DNA of 51,530 bases, counting the filler, from Streblomastix strix (Eukaryota), in assembly GCA_008636045.1 (NCBI GenBank). It is 2 parts of 2 records of this genome, joined end to end, with 100 filler letters (N's around TTAATTAATTAA, not from the genome) between each part and the next. Parts side by side here need not be neighbours in the genome. Positions count along the whole stretch, not along the records: positions 1 to 25,718 come from SNRW01000193.1; positions 25,819 to 51,530 come from SNRW01000194.1. One strand, given 5' to 3'. The notes below the pieces were generated by a model. It saw only the letters and a program-made list of their open reading frames with translations, was not told the DNA's origin and searched no databases. A program made the position numbers and the translations under genes. This document shows, piece after piece, positions 23,740-36,404 of the stretch (the stretch's first letter is position 1; every line of letters starts with the position of its first letter).

Positions 23740-24944
23740 TTATTATATATAAAATATAAAACCATTGGCTGGTGAAGAATTGGCCGTTTGGCATGCAGAC
23801 CACAGCTTTTTATGAAAATTTTCCACTCGATGCATTCGGTACTGTCCGCGGCTATTGATTATTGGGTAATAACTCCTGGCTATAATTATTTTAAAAAATT
23901 ATTTACATACATTATTTATATGCTAGATATGACCAATGAAATAATAAATTACGAACAAGAAACAATTACTTTGAGTGAATAAATTTTATGAATTGAGAGC
24001 CACGGGCTTATAAATTGTTGGAGTGGAGACTTTTAAAAAATTATCATGCTTTTGAAGTTGGGGCATAAATCCCCTTATATATCCACAATTAAATAATTAC
24101 TAATGTATATGTTTTGAATTATTTTCTAAATATTAATTAAAAAGTGTTATTAAATGAATAGAAACATTGCTTGATAAAAGTTTTTTTCGATTTTTAATAA
24201 TAAGGAAGAATTACGCTAATTAAAAAGCAATTATTGAATTATTAATTATTATAATGAATATACATTTATATTCTATTTCAAATTAAATTAGTAGAAAATG
24301 TGCAAACATGCGCACATTCGAGAATAATTAATAAATAGTTTTTCTTTCAAAATTTGCTAGTAATAACAATAAAGTTATTTTTATATTATATATAAATTTG
24401 AGAAATTTAAATTTTAACCATTTTTTTTTATCTGAGACAAATCAAAACTGCCAGACAGACAAATCGAGACAAATGAAAATTTTTCTATCATGCTTAGTCT
24501 TTTATTGATAAATCTTTATCACTAATAAAATTTGAATTTATGAAATATTTTATTTTGAAATATAATCAATAATAATTGAACTTAATTTTAAGAAACAAAG
24601 TTAATAAATTTATGAGTAAAACAAGATTTTTGCATGATTTTTAATTAAAATCAATTGCTACTATCATTTACAAAGTTTTTCATATATGCTTATAAATTAA
24701 TTGTCAACTTAAAGTGTGTTGCATTAAACAAAAAAAATTGAACAATAAATTTTGAATTAATTCTTTTCCATCAATGTTATATTATATATTTTTCATTAAT
24801 TATTTTATATTATTTCTTATCTACTAAATTTATTCAAAAAATATGCTTATAAATTCTCAATTAAAAAAATAAACGCCTTTCTAAAAATTATTATCATTTG
24901 TTAATTTATTATATTAAAACATCTTACAATTGTATTATAGTACA

Positions 24945-25600
24945 ATGAAAACATAGTAGCGTTGGTAATCAGTGAATGCATAGGTAACATTTGATGGGGC
25001 GAGTCTAACGGATGAACAGGGAGAGTTTCTTCTTGGTCCACGATGTGACTTTTTTGCTACTGCAGGACATCAATATGAGCGCAACTTCGAACGGGAAGTT
25101 TTAAAAATTCTGCGATTATGAACCTTAATTAATATATTTATCAACATTTTTTAATTTTTCAATCCCAGATTCTTCTAAATTATTTAACATGGCACAGACA
25201 AGTTGTTTCTGTTCAAGGGAATTTATTCTAAATTTCACTTTAAAATGAGTAAAAGCAAATATTTTAACTTTTTAACACATCTTTATAGACTACATTCTCG
25301 TTTGCTGAAGTGTTCTGTCTTCTTGTGTGTGGTATGAGAATTTGTTTTAAGTAATAAAATTAAATTCTATTTTTTTTTTTTTTAGATAATAATATTTCAG
25401 TTTAATTTATTGTATCACAAATCGGGGACCAGAAATAAATAAAGGAATATCTCTAAAACAAAGGAATTCCATAACCTGAAAGCTTTCCAAAAAGATTTAA
25501 GCCCCCTTCAAACCTCATTCAACACTTTTCTCCTGGTTAAGTTGTCTTGTCATAAGATAAAGATTCATTATAGAAATCATTCGCCAAATACTAAGAAAAT
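24945..25600 (+). pseudogene. Unidentified spliced gene remnant
   Basis: Reads MKTQQRWQSVNAQVTFDGASLTDEQGEFLLGPRCDFFATAGHQYERNFER, followed by exon-like blocks separated by AT-rich spacers ending in AG. The first two donors are not clean GT. Confidence 0.3.
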
Positions 25601-25718
25601 TTTATTAAAAAACATAAAGCAAATTAATTGAACTAAAAATCACCTGCGCAATAATACAATGATCTTGATCATGCTGTTAAAATAAGCATACAACGTATAA
25701 GAAGAGACACAGGTGAAA

Positions 25719-25818
25719 NNNNNNNNNNNNNNNNNNNNNNNNNNNNNNNNNNNNNNNNNNNNTTAATTAATTAANNNNNNNNNNNNNNNNNNNNNNNNNN
25801 NNNNNNNNNNNNNNNNNN
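25719..25818. other. Artificial assembly join: 44 N + TTAATTAATTAA + 44 N
   Basis: Symmetric 100-nt spacer containing an all-frame stop linker at 25763-25774. Confidence 0.95.
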
Positions 25819-27937
25819 GTACTATGCAGTGGTTTGCTTAAAATATCTTATATGGCAGCAGACAATATTAAATCAGTCCCTTCTTCTGATTTTTCTTTAT
25901 CTATATCCTTTTATCTGGATTAATTACTGAACCCAAAAATTTGCTAAAAATATTGTTGTTATTGAATCATAGGAGAATATTAGCCTTGTCCAGTTTTATA
26001 CATCGCTCTATTGTTAAGATTCATATTAATATTCTATTAATTACTATTTTAATCTGTTAACTAATTATTTGTTCCAAAATCTTTAATAATATCCATATCT
26101 TCAACTAAACTTTATTAATCTTAATCTTCCATCTACTTATCGTCTGAATCTTGTTAATTAAATGGTTTATCATTTAATTATAAATTCTAACTTAATTACT
26201 ATTGCTCATTTATTTAATTGGATTTTTATTGCACAACACGTCTGGCACTTTATTTATTATCAGCAGGTTTAACAAGACTATTATCAACACTATTAATTGT
26301 TTGAAGATCTTATTATTGTTATAATAATAATTAATACTATTGTTGCTACTACTATTACGATTATTATTGACGTTACTACATTTGTAAATGTAATTATAAT
26401 TACTGCATTTATTATCGTTATTGGAATTATTTCCTTTCATTTTCCAATTCATCTACCTAAAACCCATTATTAACATTGTTAACTCCATCTTCAATTTGTT
26501 CTTCATTTCTTTCTTCCTACTAAAATTCTGGATCTATTTCTTCATCTTCATCAAGCTAATCAATAAACACATTTTCACCCATTAAATATTTCTATCCTCT
26601 TTAGTTTTACTATAATCCTTATTAATATATCTAATTCTATTTTAGTGTTTATTACTGCATTTATTAAGCTGCAAATTAATTAGATTATTATTGAAAGTTT
26701 GTATATTATTATGGTTTATCTCCTCTTTAAGATTTCAAGTTCGTATTAGTATTTTTACTGTCACCAGTTACAGAATCAACATTAATAAATTTACTTATTT
26801 ATTAACTAGGTGTATTTTCTTGACCAACAATGTTAGCTGCATTCTAACTATTAATGATATTTTCATCATCTCTTTCTTAGTTCTCCAATCTCTGTTTGAG
26901 TTTTAATAAAAGTTTCTTTGGTGCTGAAAAGAAAGATATTAAAACTTTATTTCTTTCTTTGTTTAAGTTTCTGACAGTAATAAAAAATTCAATAATCATT
27001 GTTGCAATTCCAACAAAGAGCGATATTACCATAAGAACGGAATTTACAATTGTTTTATTAACACCATCTGCAATTGAGTCGAGTAAAAAATTCATTTCTA
27101 CTCTTTTTATTGCCTCATTTGCTGTAACCGGAAGAGTTGCAAATATGAAATACATAGCAGCTCGACTATTAATCTAATCCATTAAATACGGCCCAAGAGC
27201 AATCATATCATATGCTAAAGATTCAGCTCTTTTAGACAATTAAATAACATTAATCATTTAAACCCAAATTTTGTGAGATTCATCAACGTTTTGTAACAAT
27301 GAATTTGATTATGGTTATGAAAAAGACGTTTTTGATATGAAAGAATCTTCACTTGAAGGAAGAGAAGTTTGAAGTTGGATTATTGATTTATTTTATTTTT
27401 CTTTATTTGTATTTTCATTCTATAATTCTTCAAAATTATATTCTTAATCTTATTTAATATTTTCATTTTAATGGATCATATTCATTATGGTAAGAATGTC
27501 NNNNNNNNNNNNNNNNNNNNNNNNNNNNNNNNNNNNNNNNNNNNNNNNNNNNNNNNNNNNNNNNNNNNNNNNNNNNNNNNNNNNNNNNNNNNNNNNNNNN
27601 GTTGGATTATTGATTTATTTTATTTTTCTTTATTTGTATTTTCATTCTATAATTCTTCAAAATTATATTCTTAATCTTATTTAATATTTTCATTTTAATG
27701 GATCATATTCATTATGGTAAGAATGTCTAAATTTTTTTTCGTTAAAAACACTCCTATTAAATAATATTTATAAATAAAAAATAATAATAATAATTTTATT
27801 AAGATTTTTCTTTAAAATTTATTTTACAAAATTATCCAACCTACTAAATTATTTCTTTCTAGTAGACTAAGTTATGCAACTGAGCTTGACTAAGTATAAA
27901 TGTTATCTAATCCCTATCCAAGATTTTCTAGTACTTT

Positions 27938-27968
<31 letters not shown>

Positions 27969-30900
27969 CAATAATAATAATAACAAAAGAGAAATGAAAA
28001 AATAAGAAAAAAAATATACTGTTAATAATTAGTGTATCAAAATTTTCGCTGAGAATAATAAAAAGAAGAAAGAAATAAATAAATAAAAGGCTTTGAATTA
28101 CTATTCTTTCTAATATATATTCATACAAATCTAACAAATACGGCATTCTGTCACGATCAATTCCTGCTTCAAATATCATATTATATAAGATTGCTTGGCG
28201 AAGAAGTTCCATGAATGAAATTTGCATTATATGAAGCTCCTGAACAAACATAATAATACATGAAAATTTGAAAAAGAATGAAAAATTGAATGAAAAAATT
28301 TATAAAATACACAAAGAAAAAATATAAAAAATAAAATTATATTAGGCAAACTGAAACTATATTTATTGATATTTTATTAGAATTGGACAATGTCATTACG
28401 TTGACAAACGAAATTATTATTGAGCCAACCATAATAAGCATTGCAATAATTAAAATAGGAAAGAAGAATGGAAGAAGCTCTCTTTATTTATTGATGAAAT
28501 CAAACTAAAAAAAGAAGAAAGTTTTAATAAAAAATTGTGTAAAAAAGAGTTAAAATAAATATTTAACATTGATAATCATACATTCTGCAAGTATTAATTT
28601 TTACCTCCAAAACCTCTTTTCTGCTTCAAAAAAAGTAAAATAATAAATAAATAATAAAATATTAATATAAATAGTACTAAAATCAGACTTTGAATATTGA
28701 TGAGCCAAGTGAATCATATTTTGAACCTTATTTGAAATAGTTCTTTACACTATCTATATTTCAAATATTAATACATATAGTAAATAATAACAATAACAGT
28801 AAATAATAAATCTTCTCGGTTTTCATCATTTATTTCTTCATACATATTCTGCTAGAACCATTCTTACTTCCTAATCTTTCTTTATAATTTGGTCTTTGTG
28901 CATTAGCTGAATAATATTATATCTTTTGTTGACCACTTCTATCGTGAACAGGCGTTCCTTGTAATACAGGTCCAACTGCACTTCCCACATTTAATGTTTG
29001 ATTCTAATCTCCTTATTAATATTATTACTATGTTGAAGATTGTGTGGATGTAAGATTTCTATGAAAGTTACGAGGTGTTTGAGACACTTGAGTATGTACT
29101 GATTCTTCAGATGGTGATAAGATTCCTTAAGTAACTTCTAGCGAAAAAAACGAGTCATTAAAATATTATAAAAATTATACTCAAATAAAAATAATCATAC
29201 TTTGCTAAGAAATTGTTACACTTGAATGGGGATTAGTCAATTATTATGCATCAGGAGGTGGAGAGCCTTATATAGGTGGAGAAGTTGCAGGGACATTAAT
29301 TAATTATCGAGATAGAGATGGTTTTATTGTATTCTGTTTTGCTATAAATAAAAATAATAAATTTTGAATAATTAAAAATGAATGAAAAAATAAATTTATA
29401 AAGTACAAGATATCTAAATTTATTTTTGAAATAATTATCATTACCTTATCCTCTATATGTTTATTGCTGGCTATGCTTGTCGGAATCTTCTATACATAAA
29501 AAGATCAAAAGATTTCAGAAACAAATGATTTAAATGAAAGAATAAAATGTTTATTAAATGATCAATATTTTAATACCATCCTAATCATCGTATTAATCTC
29601 TTGCTTCTTCTTCTTCAATTAAACTTGCACGATTCATTAAAATTTTCGCATTTTCATCATCTCTAGAATACATAATATATATTTATATGAAAATATTAAT
29701 ATAATAAATATTATAAATAGTTTCCTTCTATATGGTTCTCCAATAATAAAATCAGACCTATCAATATCTCGAAACATAACAGCATATATCCTGAGCAATT
29801 GTGCTGAGTTTGGATTTAAGTCCAAAAGTTTTGTAATCAATTCCTATGCATTTTTCTAATTGTCAATACATTTCTCAACATATTTCACAGCTTTCCCAAT
29901 ATCGCATGTTTCTTTGCACATCTCTGTCCAGACCTGAAGTTTGATATAATATATGTGAGAAGAATAAAATGAATATAAAAATTGGAATGAGAAACAAAAT
30001 CATTTTAAAACAATATTACTTATTACGTTTTAATACCAATTTTATATAAGCTTTTGCAAGATCAAGGCTTTATTTAGCATTTGCCACCTGGCTGGTAAGA
30101 GAGAAGGAAGAATGGGCTGAATATATAATAGTAGATTGAGAATAAAAATATAATAATTAATAGATAAAAAATATTATAATTAATTGGGAAAAAAAATATA
30201 AAAATTAAATTAATTGAGAATAATAAAAGTCAAACAAAATCCCTCTTCATCATCACCCATCATCAAATCATTAGAGCCATCTGTTATAAATGAATTACAA
30301 TAATATAATAATAATATTATTCTTGAATAATTTAATTATCTTTATAGAAATCACACGTTTCTTTCTCATTTCCATTCTCATATCAATCAAATGACCTAAT
30401 TCATACAATGTATATCTTTCAGAAATCACTGCTTAACATTACCTACATTATAAGAAATAGCAAATATTAAAATAATAAATTTAAAAATTTTTAAAAAACA
30501 TTCTTTTTCATTTTTTTTAATAATAATTATTTTTTATTTCATTTTAATAATATTTTATATACCTTGCAATTTTAACAGAATCTCTCATCTATTAAAAATC
30601 TCTTGAATAATAAGCATGAAATATAGCTGATGATATCCAAATTGCTGCTTTATCTCCAAATTTTCTTTGTCCATGTTAAAGTATTTTAAAAGCAAAACTA
30701 ACATATTGTTCGGATCTGTGATAATGAATTTGTAATGAATGAAAGTTGAATGAATGAAAATAATATAATAATAAATATCTAATAATAAATATCTACTAAA
30801 CCTCATCTTTTTATCTTTTGAAGTCAAGAACTTAATTGCCTGAATAATTTAATCTGCATTTTCATACTTAGGAAGAATTCTCTATTTCTTTCTTTCTTTA

Positions 30901-33900
30901 ATTTCCTAATTAATTCTTTATTATTTAATAAGCTATTATTTATCTTGTTCTGCCTTCTTCTTTTTCAATTTTTCTTGTTTTTCTAACTGTTTTTATTATT
31001 CTTTCTACATCTTAGGTGATAACTATATTTAATTCATATTTTATAATTAATGAGATAAAGATTGGTTCAATAATGTTAATGATACATGAGTTTATAAATC
31101 CTTTTCTTTTTCTTTTTCTTATTTATCTTATTATTGATTATTTTGTTAATTCATTTTATTTTATATTGATAATTACTTCTATAATTCAGGTTAAGAGTTG
31201 AGAAGTTGTAATTAGTTTGATTTATTTATGGGATCAAGTTAATCTATTGTTTGGAATTGGTTTTGTGATGAAACATTGAAGTTCTACATTTATATATTTT
31301 TCTTATTCAACAAATCAATTGCTTCAATATCCTATTGTTCCATTGTATTGTTTCTTTCCAAATGACTTTATTATCTATATCCAACTTAATTAAGATTACC
31401 TTAGTTTAAATCAATATTTTAAGTTTAATATTATTAATATTCATCCATTTCTTAAATACCATTATCTAAGTCATCTTCCAATTCATCATTCTCATCTTCA
31501 TCTTCTTCATCTAAATCGCTAAGATGTTCTTATTTTCTCAAATTAGACTTCAACAAAAGATTAATGTTGTTCTGTTGTAGCACAGATGAATTCTAGAATC
31601 TGTTTGAATTCATTTTTCTTTTTCTTCTTTTCCCAACCTTTGTTTTAATAGTTTAATTCTACCTCCCTTATGATAATCCTTAATCATATATTGATTATAT
31701 TTATATATCTAATGAATTGTTCTATGAAGAAGGAAAAGTGTGAGAAAATGATCGCTATGAATATTAATCTGAACTATTAGATGTATTAATCATTGTCTGT
31801 GATAAATGTGAATTTTATTATTATATTTCATCTTATTATGAGTTTTATGATTCACTAATTGTGATTGATGATTATATTGTAGATAAAGTTGGGGCTTATT
31901 ATTATTATTAAAATAATTGTATTTAAGATTATAAATTTTGTTGTTATTAAACTTATAATTATTATAGATTCATATTTACAATATTAGATTGTTAAAGATT
32001 AGATTTTGGAGAAGGTTATGATAAAGATCGATTTGAATTCTGTTACTACATTTACTATAGGAAGATTTGTGATTATGTGGAAAAAGAAGAGAACTACATT
32101 TGAGGGTTATTATACTAATTATTGTTAATGGAAGCTCCATTATTTGCATTATTATAAATGCTTGGCGAGTTATATATGGACGGCTGTAATAGAGGTAGCA
32201 ATTATGATTCGTTATTATTTAAACTTAAAGTATCATTTAATCTATATGATGGAAGTTACATTTAAGAATACGTACCTGCCCCAGTCAACAATTATTACTA
32301 TTATCTTAGAGTAGGTCCATTATTATAATTCATATTCGAGTTATCTCTGCTATTTTTCCCTTTGCGTTTTTCTACTAAAATGGGCAATACTTCATCTTCC
32401 TAATAATATAACAGTTAAAATTAATATAAAAGATTACAAAGAAACAATTACAATAAAACAATTTCATTTATTCTTTCAAATAGAATACTTCTCTAACAGC
32501 CCAAAGACTTTTAACTCTTTTTATTATTAATTTATAGACTCCAAAACAAAGGAATAAAGTTATTATTAAGAAAGGAAGCCAAACTGCCAGCATTTGAAGA
32601 GTTGTGAATTAGTTTAATAAATCTGATGGATCTGATATATTATAATGAAAATATATGAAAAATATGCATAAATAGCTATTACAATTAAATAATGAATAAT
32701 GAACATACTAATACTTTCATTCCAATATATTTTAGGGAGACCAGGTATTACTAAACAAAGAAGTCCAACAAATGATATAACAAGTCCAATGAATATATCA
32801 ACAAAAGTTAATGCGTTTGTTTCAGCTAAGTAGAATGGAGGAGAGAATATTATATATATTACTTGAAATAGAAATCCTCCCATGAAGACACAAGATAATA
32901 CAATGCCTGCAATATAAGGATTATAGTGTGGAACGACAGCTGTAGTTTAATAATGAATGAAAATTAATCAAAAACAAAGGTGATAAAATAAATGCATATT
33001 AAATCTCTTTATATCAAAATTAATTAAAATATATCAATAACAAGTCATTGTTCTCAGCATAAATTTAATTTACAAACCAGAGACAACCATTTGAATTACT
33101 TCAAGAAAATAAGCCTAAGATGTATAAGTGCTATTTTGACATGAAAACATTCCTAAGTATTAGATTTACATTTTAAAATTAATGTTGAATAATTAATATA
33201 TTAAAAATAATATTGTTAATAAAAAGCATACTTCCCTTTCTCATCTTCTTCTCATGTGTAAATATAACATCTATCAATAATAATAGATAAAATATGAGTT
33301 TAAACCAATTTTATTATTTAAATCCTTTATTTTTTAATTATTATAAATAGTTAAATATATTACCAAGAAGTATATTCTATTTATTTATCATACCCAATAA
33401 ACAAAGAGATACATGAATTACTAAACCAAGAGAACCTAACACTACCATAACAATTCTTGTTGTCTTGGAATTATTAATGAATAATATGTGTGAGGAATAA
33501 TAAAATATTAATATTAGTTATATATTATATGAGATTATATACAATTAATTTATTTAAATTCAATTTATACTTTCATTTCATCTCCATAAAGTGGAGAATT
33601 TTGGAAGAATCCTCTTATTGGTCCAAGTTCAACATTAATGAATTGTGCAAATAGAAGATAGTCAAATACAGTATTCAATTTGTTTATATAATCTTTTAAG
33701 AAGCGAAGAAAAATGTTATTGTGCTTAGAAAATACTATTATAACGAGCAGTGCAATCTGAAATATAATAATTTGATAAACATATTATTCAGAATAGAATG
33801 ATTACAAAAATCTGTAAAAACCAATCTAATGGCCAGTATTGTTGTAACAATGACAACTGCTACTATAGTAAATGTTACAGTCCTCCAAGTGAATGTGAAT

Positions 33901-34365
33901 TGAGAGAATCTTAATAAAATAAATAATTGAACGAAAGTCTGAATAAAGAATTGACTATTAATACATACTGAAGAAAGTTAAGAATATAACTACCAACCTC
34001 TCCAGAAAGAGGTATGTTTGAAACACGAATTTCAACCTCTATATACGTCAGTATTTGAACAATTACGTAGGCAATCCAGTAAAAATTTGGAAGAATATTC
34101 TGAATTATGAAAAAATGTTGAAAATATAGTTTAAATATCATAAACAGAAGTAAATTATATAAAAATTACTATTAATATAAATGTATATAAACAATTAAAA
34201 TTACATACATCCTGACATTTGTGTAGCTACAAGAAAAGCCTACAATAAATATAAATCAAAAGCTTATTTAATAAGAATAATATAATACCATTCATCGAAG
34301 GTATTAAATTTAGTAAGATTCTAATTATTAAATTGTTGAGATAAAGGATCTTCGTCAAGGCTCAT
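25819..34365 (-). CDS. Large multi-exon membrane protein, TmcB/TmcC-like (N-terminal TM bundle, TPR-like helical region, further TM segments); 3' end lost in the gap
   Basis: Starts MSLDEDPLSQQFNNQNLTKFNTFDEW and has many hydrophobic exons at 34.1-32.6 kb. The helical region reads ILQHGQRKFGDKAAIWISSAIFHAYY...ISERYTLYELG...NAQELITKLLDLNPNSAQLLRIYAVMFRDIDR. A later TM segment reads ...VRNLNKERNKVLISFFSAPKK. Confidence 0.65.
27501..27600. other. 100-N scaffold gap flanked by a 127-bp duplicated overlap
   Basis: 27374-27500 is repeated at 27601-27727. Confidence 0.95.
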
Positions 34366-35230
34366 TTGCAAAGATGAATAAATGTCCTGATAAAAGAGTA
34401 GTCATATAAATGTATATATAATAGATATTTTAAATAATGGGCAGCTCCATGCAAGTCAAAAAATCAATAAAAAAAAGTTGTTACGGGTTGGTTTGACGTT
34501 ATTTATTAGATTAATTTGAATTAACAGGTAGAGTTTATAAATTATGGTTATGATACAATTAAAAATATAATTTAATTAATTTAAATGTATTTTGATTAAT
34601 TTACACGAATCTGTGTGCCTTATGGAGCGCGTTGGCAGCATTTTAGCATAATATTTTGAAAAATTCGATTTCATCTATATTTTGGCTTAATGTGCTTGTT
34701 CAATAATTCTAATTATTTTTATTGTTGTATGTGGTTGTATTGCAAATAGAAATGTTGGCAGAAGTGGAAATTAAAGACAGAATTTCACAATTTAATAATG
34801 AAGTAACAAAAGTATCTTGATTTGCGTTTACAATAAATATCTATTATTACTAAACAACATTCTCTAAAATTGTCCAATTATTTTTGTGGTCTATATATTT
34901 CATTTCTCACCTCAACACAAGATTTCGATGTTTGGGAATTATCCATATAAGTAAATCTTTATAAAGAAGCTACTCCTATTATATTAATTGAAATTGGTTA
35001 AAACTTGAATAAATTAATAAAATAAACAATTTATGCCACATATTTGATAAAAAAAAATTTTTTTAATCGAAGTCAAATTCCTCACGAGTACAAGTATTAA
35101 TCTAATTATATAATTTTTAAAAAATATAATTTTATCAATATTTAATTGTTTTTTATCAATTTGAACTAATTCATATTAATTTAATCATTCAATAAGCTAT
35201 CACAAATATTTTCTTTAAAACGCTAATGAC

Positions 35231-36373
35231 ATGTTTCCTAAGGAGTAATTTATCTTTTAAAACAGTTTTAAATATATTAATAAATATTATTGAACTAATA
35301 TAAATATATTTATTATTTTCATTGTAGGATGGACTTCATTAAGACTCTGCAATAAATTTCCTTTGATCCAGTAATGAATTTGGCAATAAGTGGACTCGAC
35401 AAGTCATAAATTGTTCAACAAAATGCAGATAAAGATATTAATAAATAAATAATTAAGAACAGCATAATATCTCTGAATTAAAAGCTAGATGAACTTGATA
35501 TAATCTAGAAATCATTAAGATTATCAGAAGCAAATTTGGATGAAATAGATGAATAATTCAGATAATTTGGTTCATTAATAGAAAAAACTTAAAATGAAAT
35601 GAATTGTATTTTTAAAGAATCAATTATTTAGAAGGAAAAAATAAAAAATAAATAAATAGAAGAAGAATTAATTTGTGAATTTAAAATGTTGTTATAAAGT
35701 TTGAATGAATGTAATACAATAATTGTCTCTAGAGATATTGGAAAGAATTATTTCATTGCATTCTCAATTATTAAGCAGATTATTGATAAAGGAAACCATT
35801 TCAATGTTTTATTTGAAGAATGAATTGAAATTAAAGATGGGTTAATTAAAGCTGAAAAAATGTTTAAAGAAGTTTTTATTGGATTAAAAGATTGGATGAA
35901 AGAAATAATAAATTAAATTGAGTCGGATAATATCAGAGCATCTTAGATTTTATCCTCTGAGAATTTTAGATAAGCTTTTAACTTAATGATTCAATTATCA
36001 AAAGATGAGTAAGAAGATAAAGATACAAATAATATAGAAGGAAAAGTTAAAGATAGAGGAATAATCACTGAGAAGGATTTTATAAATGACTTGTATGAAC
36101 ATGGCATATAGACAGTAATATATTTAACAGGAGCATTTTTCTATGAGTTAATTCAAATTGAAGTAATCTAAATTTTCTAAACATATAAAATAAAAATGGT
36201 ATGCATTAGCAAACACGGTTATATTTATTTATTTATGTATTTATTTTAATTTTTAATTTTTAATAATAATAATTTAACTATTTATATTACAATTAGGCTC
36301 GTCTCAGAGAGCTTACAATGCAAAGTAGGGCTATTACAAAGAGAATTGAAGAAAGGCATGAAGATGAAAGGTA

Positions 36374-36404
<31 letters not shown>

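Larger units (their letters stand above)
17000..24100. mobile_element. Degenerate Maverick/Polinton-like endogenous viral element
   Basis: Intronless, densely packed ORF remnants on both strands, a retroviral-type integrase remnant, a ~2-kb capsid-sized ORF and a recurrent intergenic motif. No PolB, packaging ATPase or TIRs were recognised. Boundaries are approximate. Confidence 0.65.

Noticed and set aside
23760..24085. GC-richer patches upstream of the integrase as an RNA gene or TIR
   Set aside because: No tRNA/snRNA/rRNA motifs recognised, and no inverted partner found in the window.
25763..25774. Palindromic TTAATTAATTAA island inside the N run
   Set aside because: Centred exactly in 44+44 Ns; this is an artificial all-frame stop linker, not biology.
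27374..27727. 127-bp direct repeat around the gap
   Set aside because: It is an overlap flanking a 100-N gap, and its length equals a common assembler k-mer (127). This is an unmerged contig overlap.
27939..27983. (TAA/CAA)n arrays here and elsewhere as CRISPR-like or telomeric repeats
   Set aside because: They are simple trinucleotide tracts, either intronic or encoding polyQ/N, with no repeat-spacer structure.
34752..34950. Short exon-like piece MLAEVEIKDRISQFNNEVTK upstream of COG6
   Set aside because: Could not be connected to a coherent gene model.
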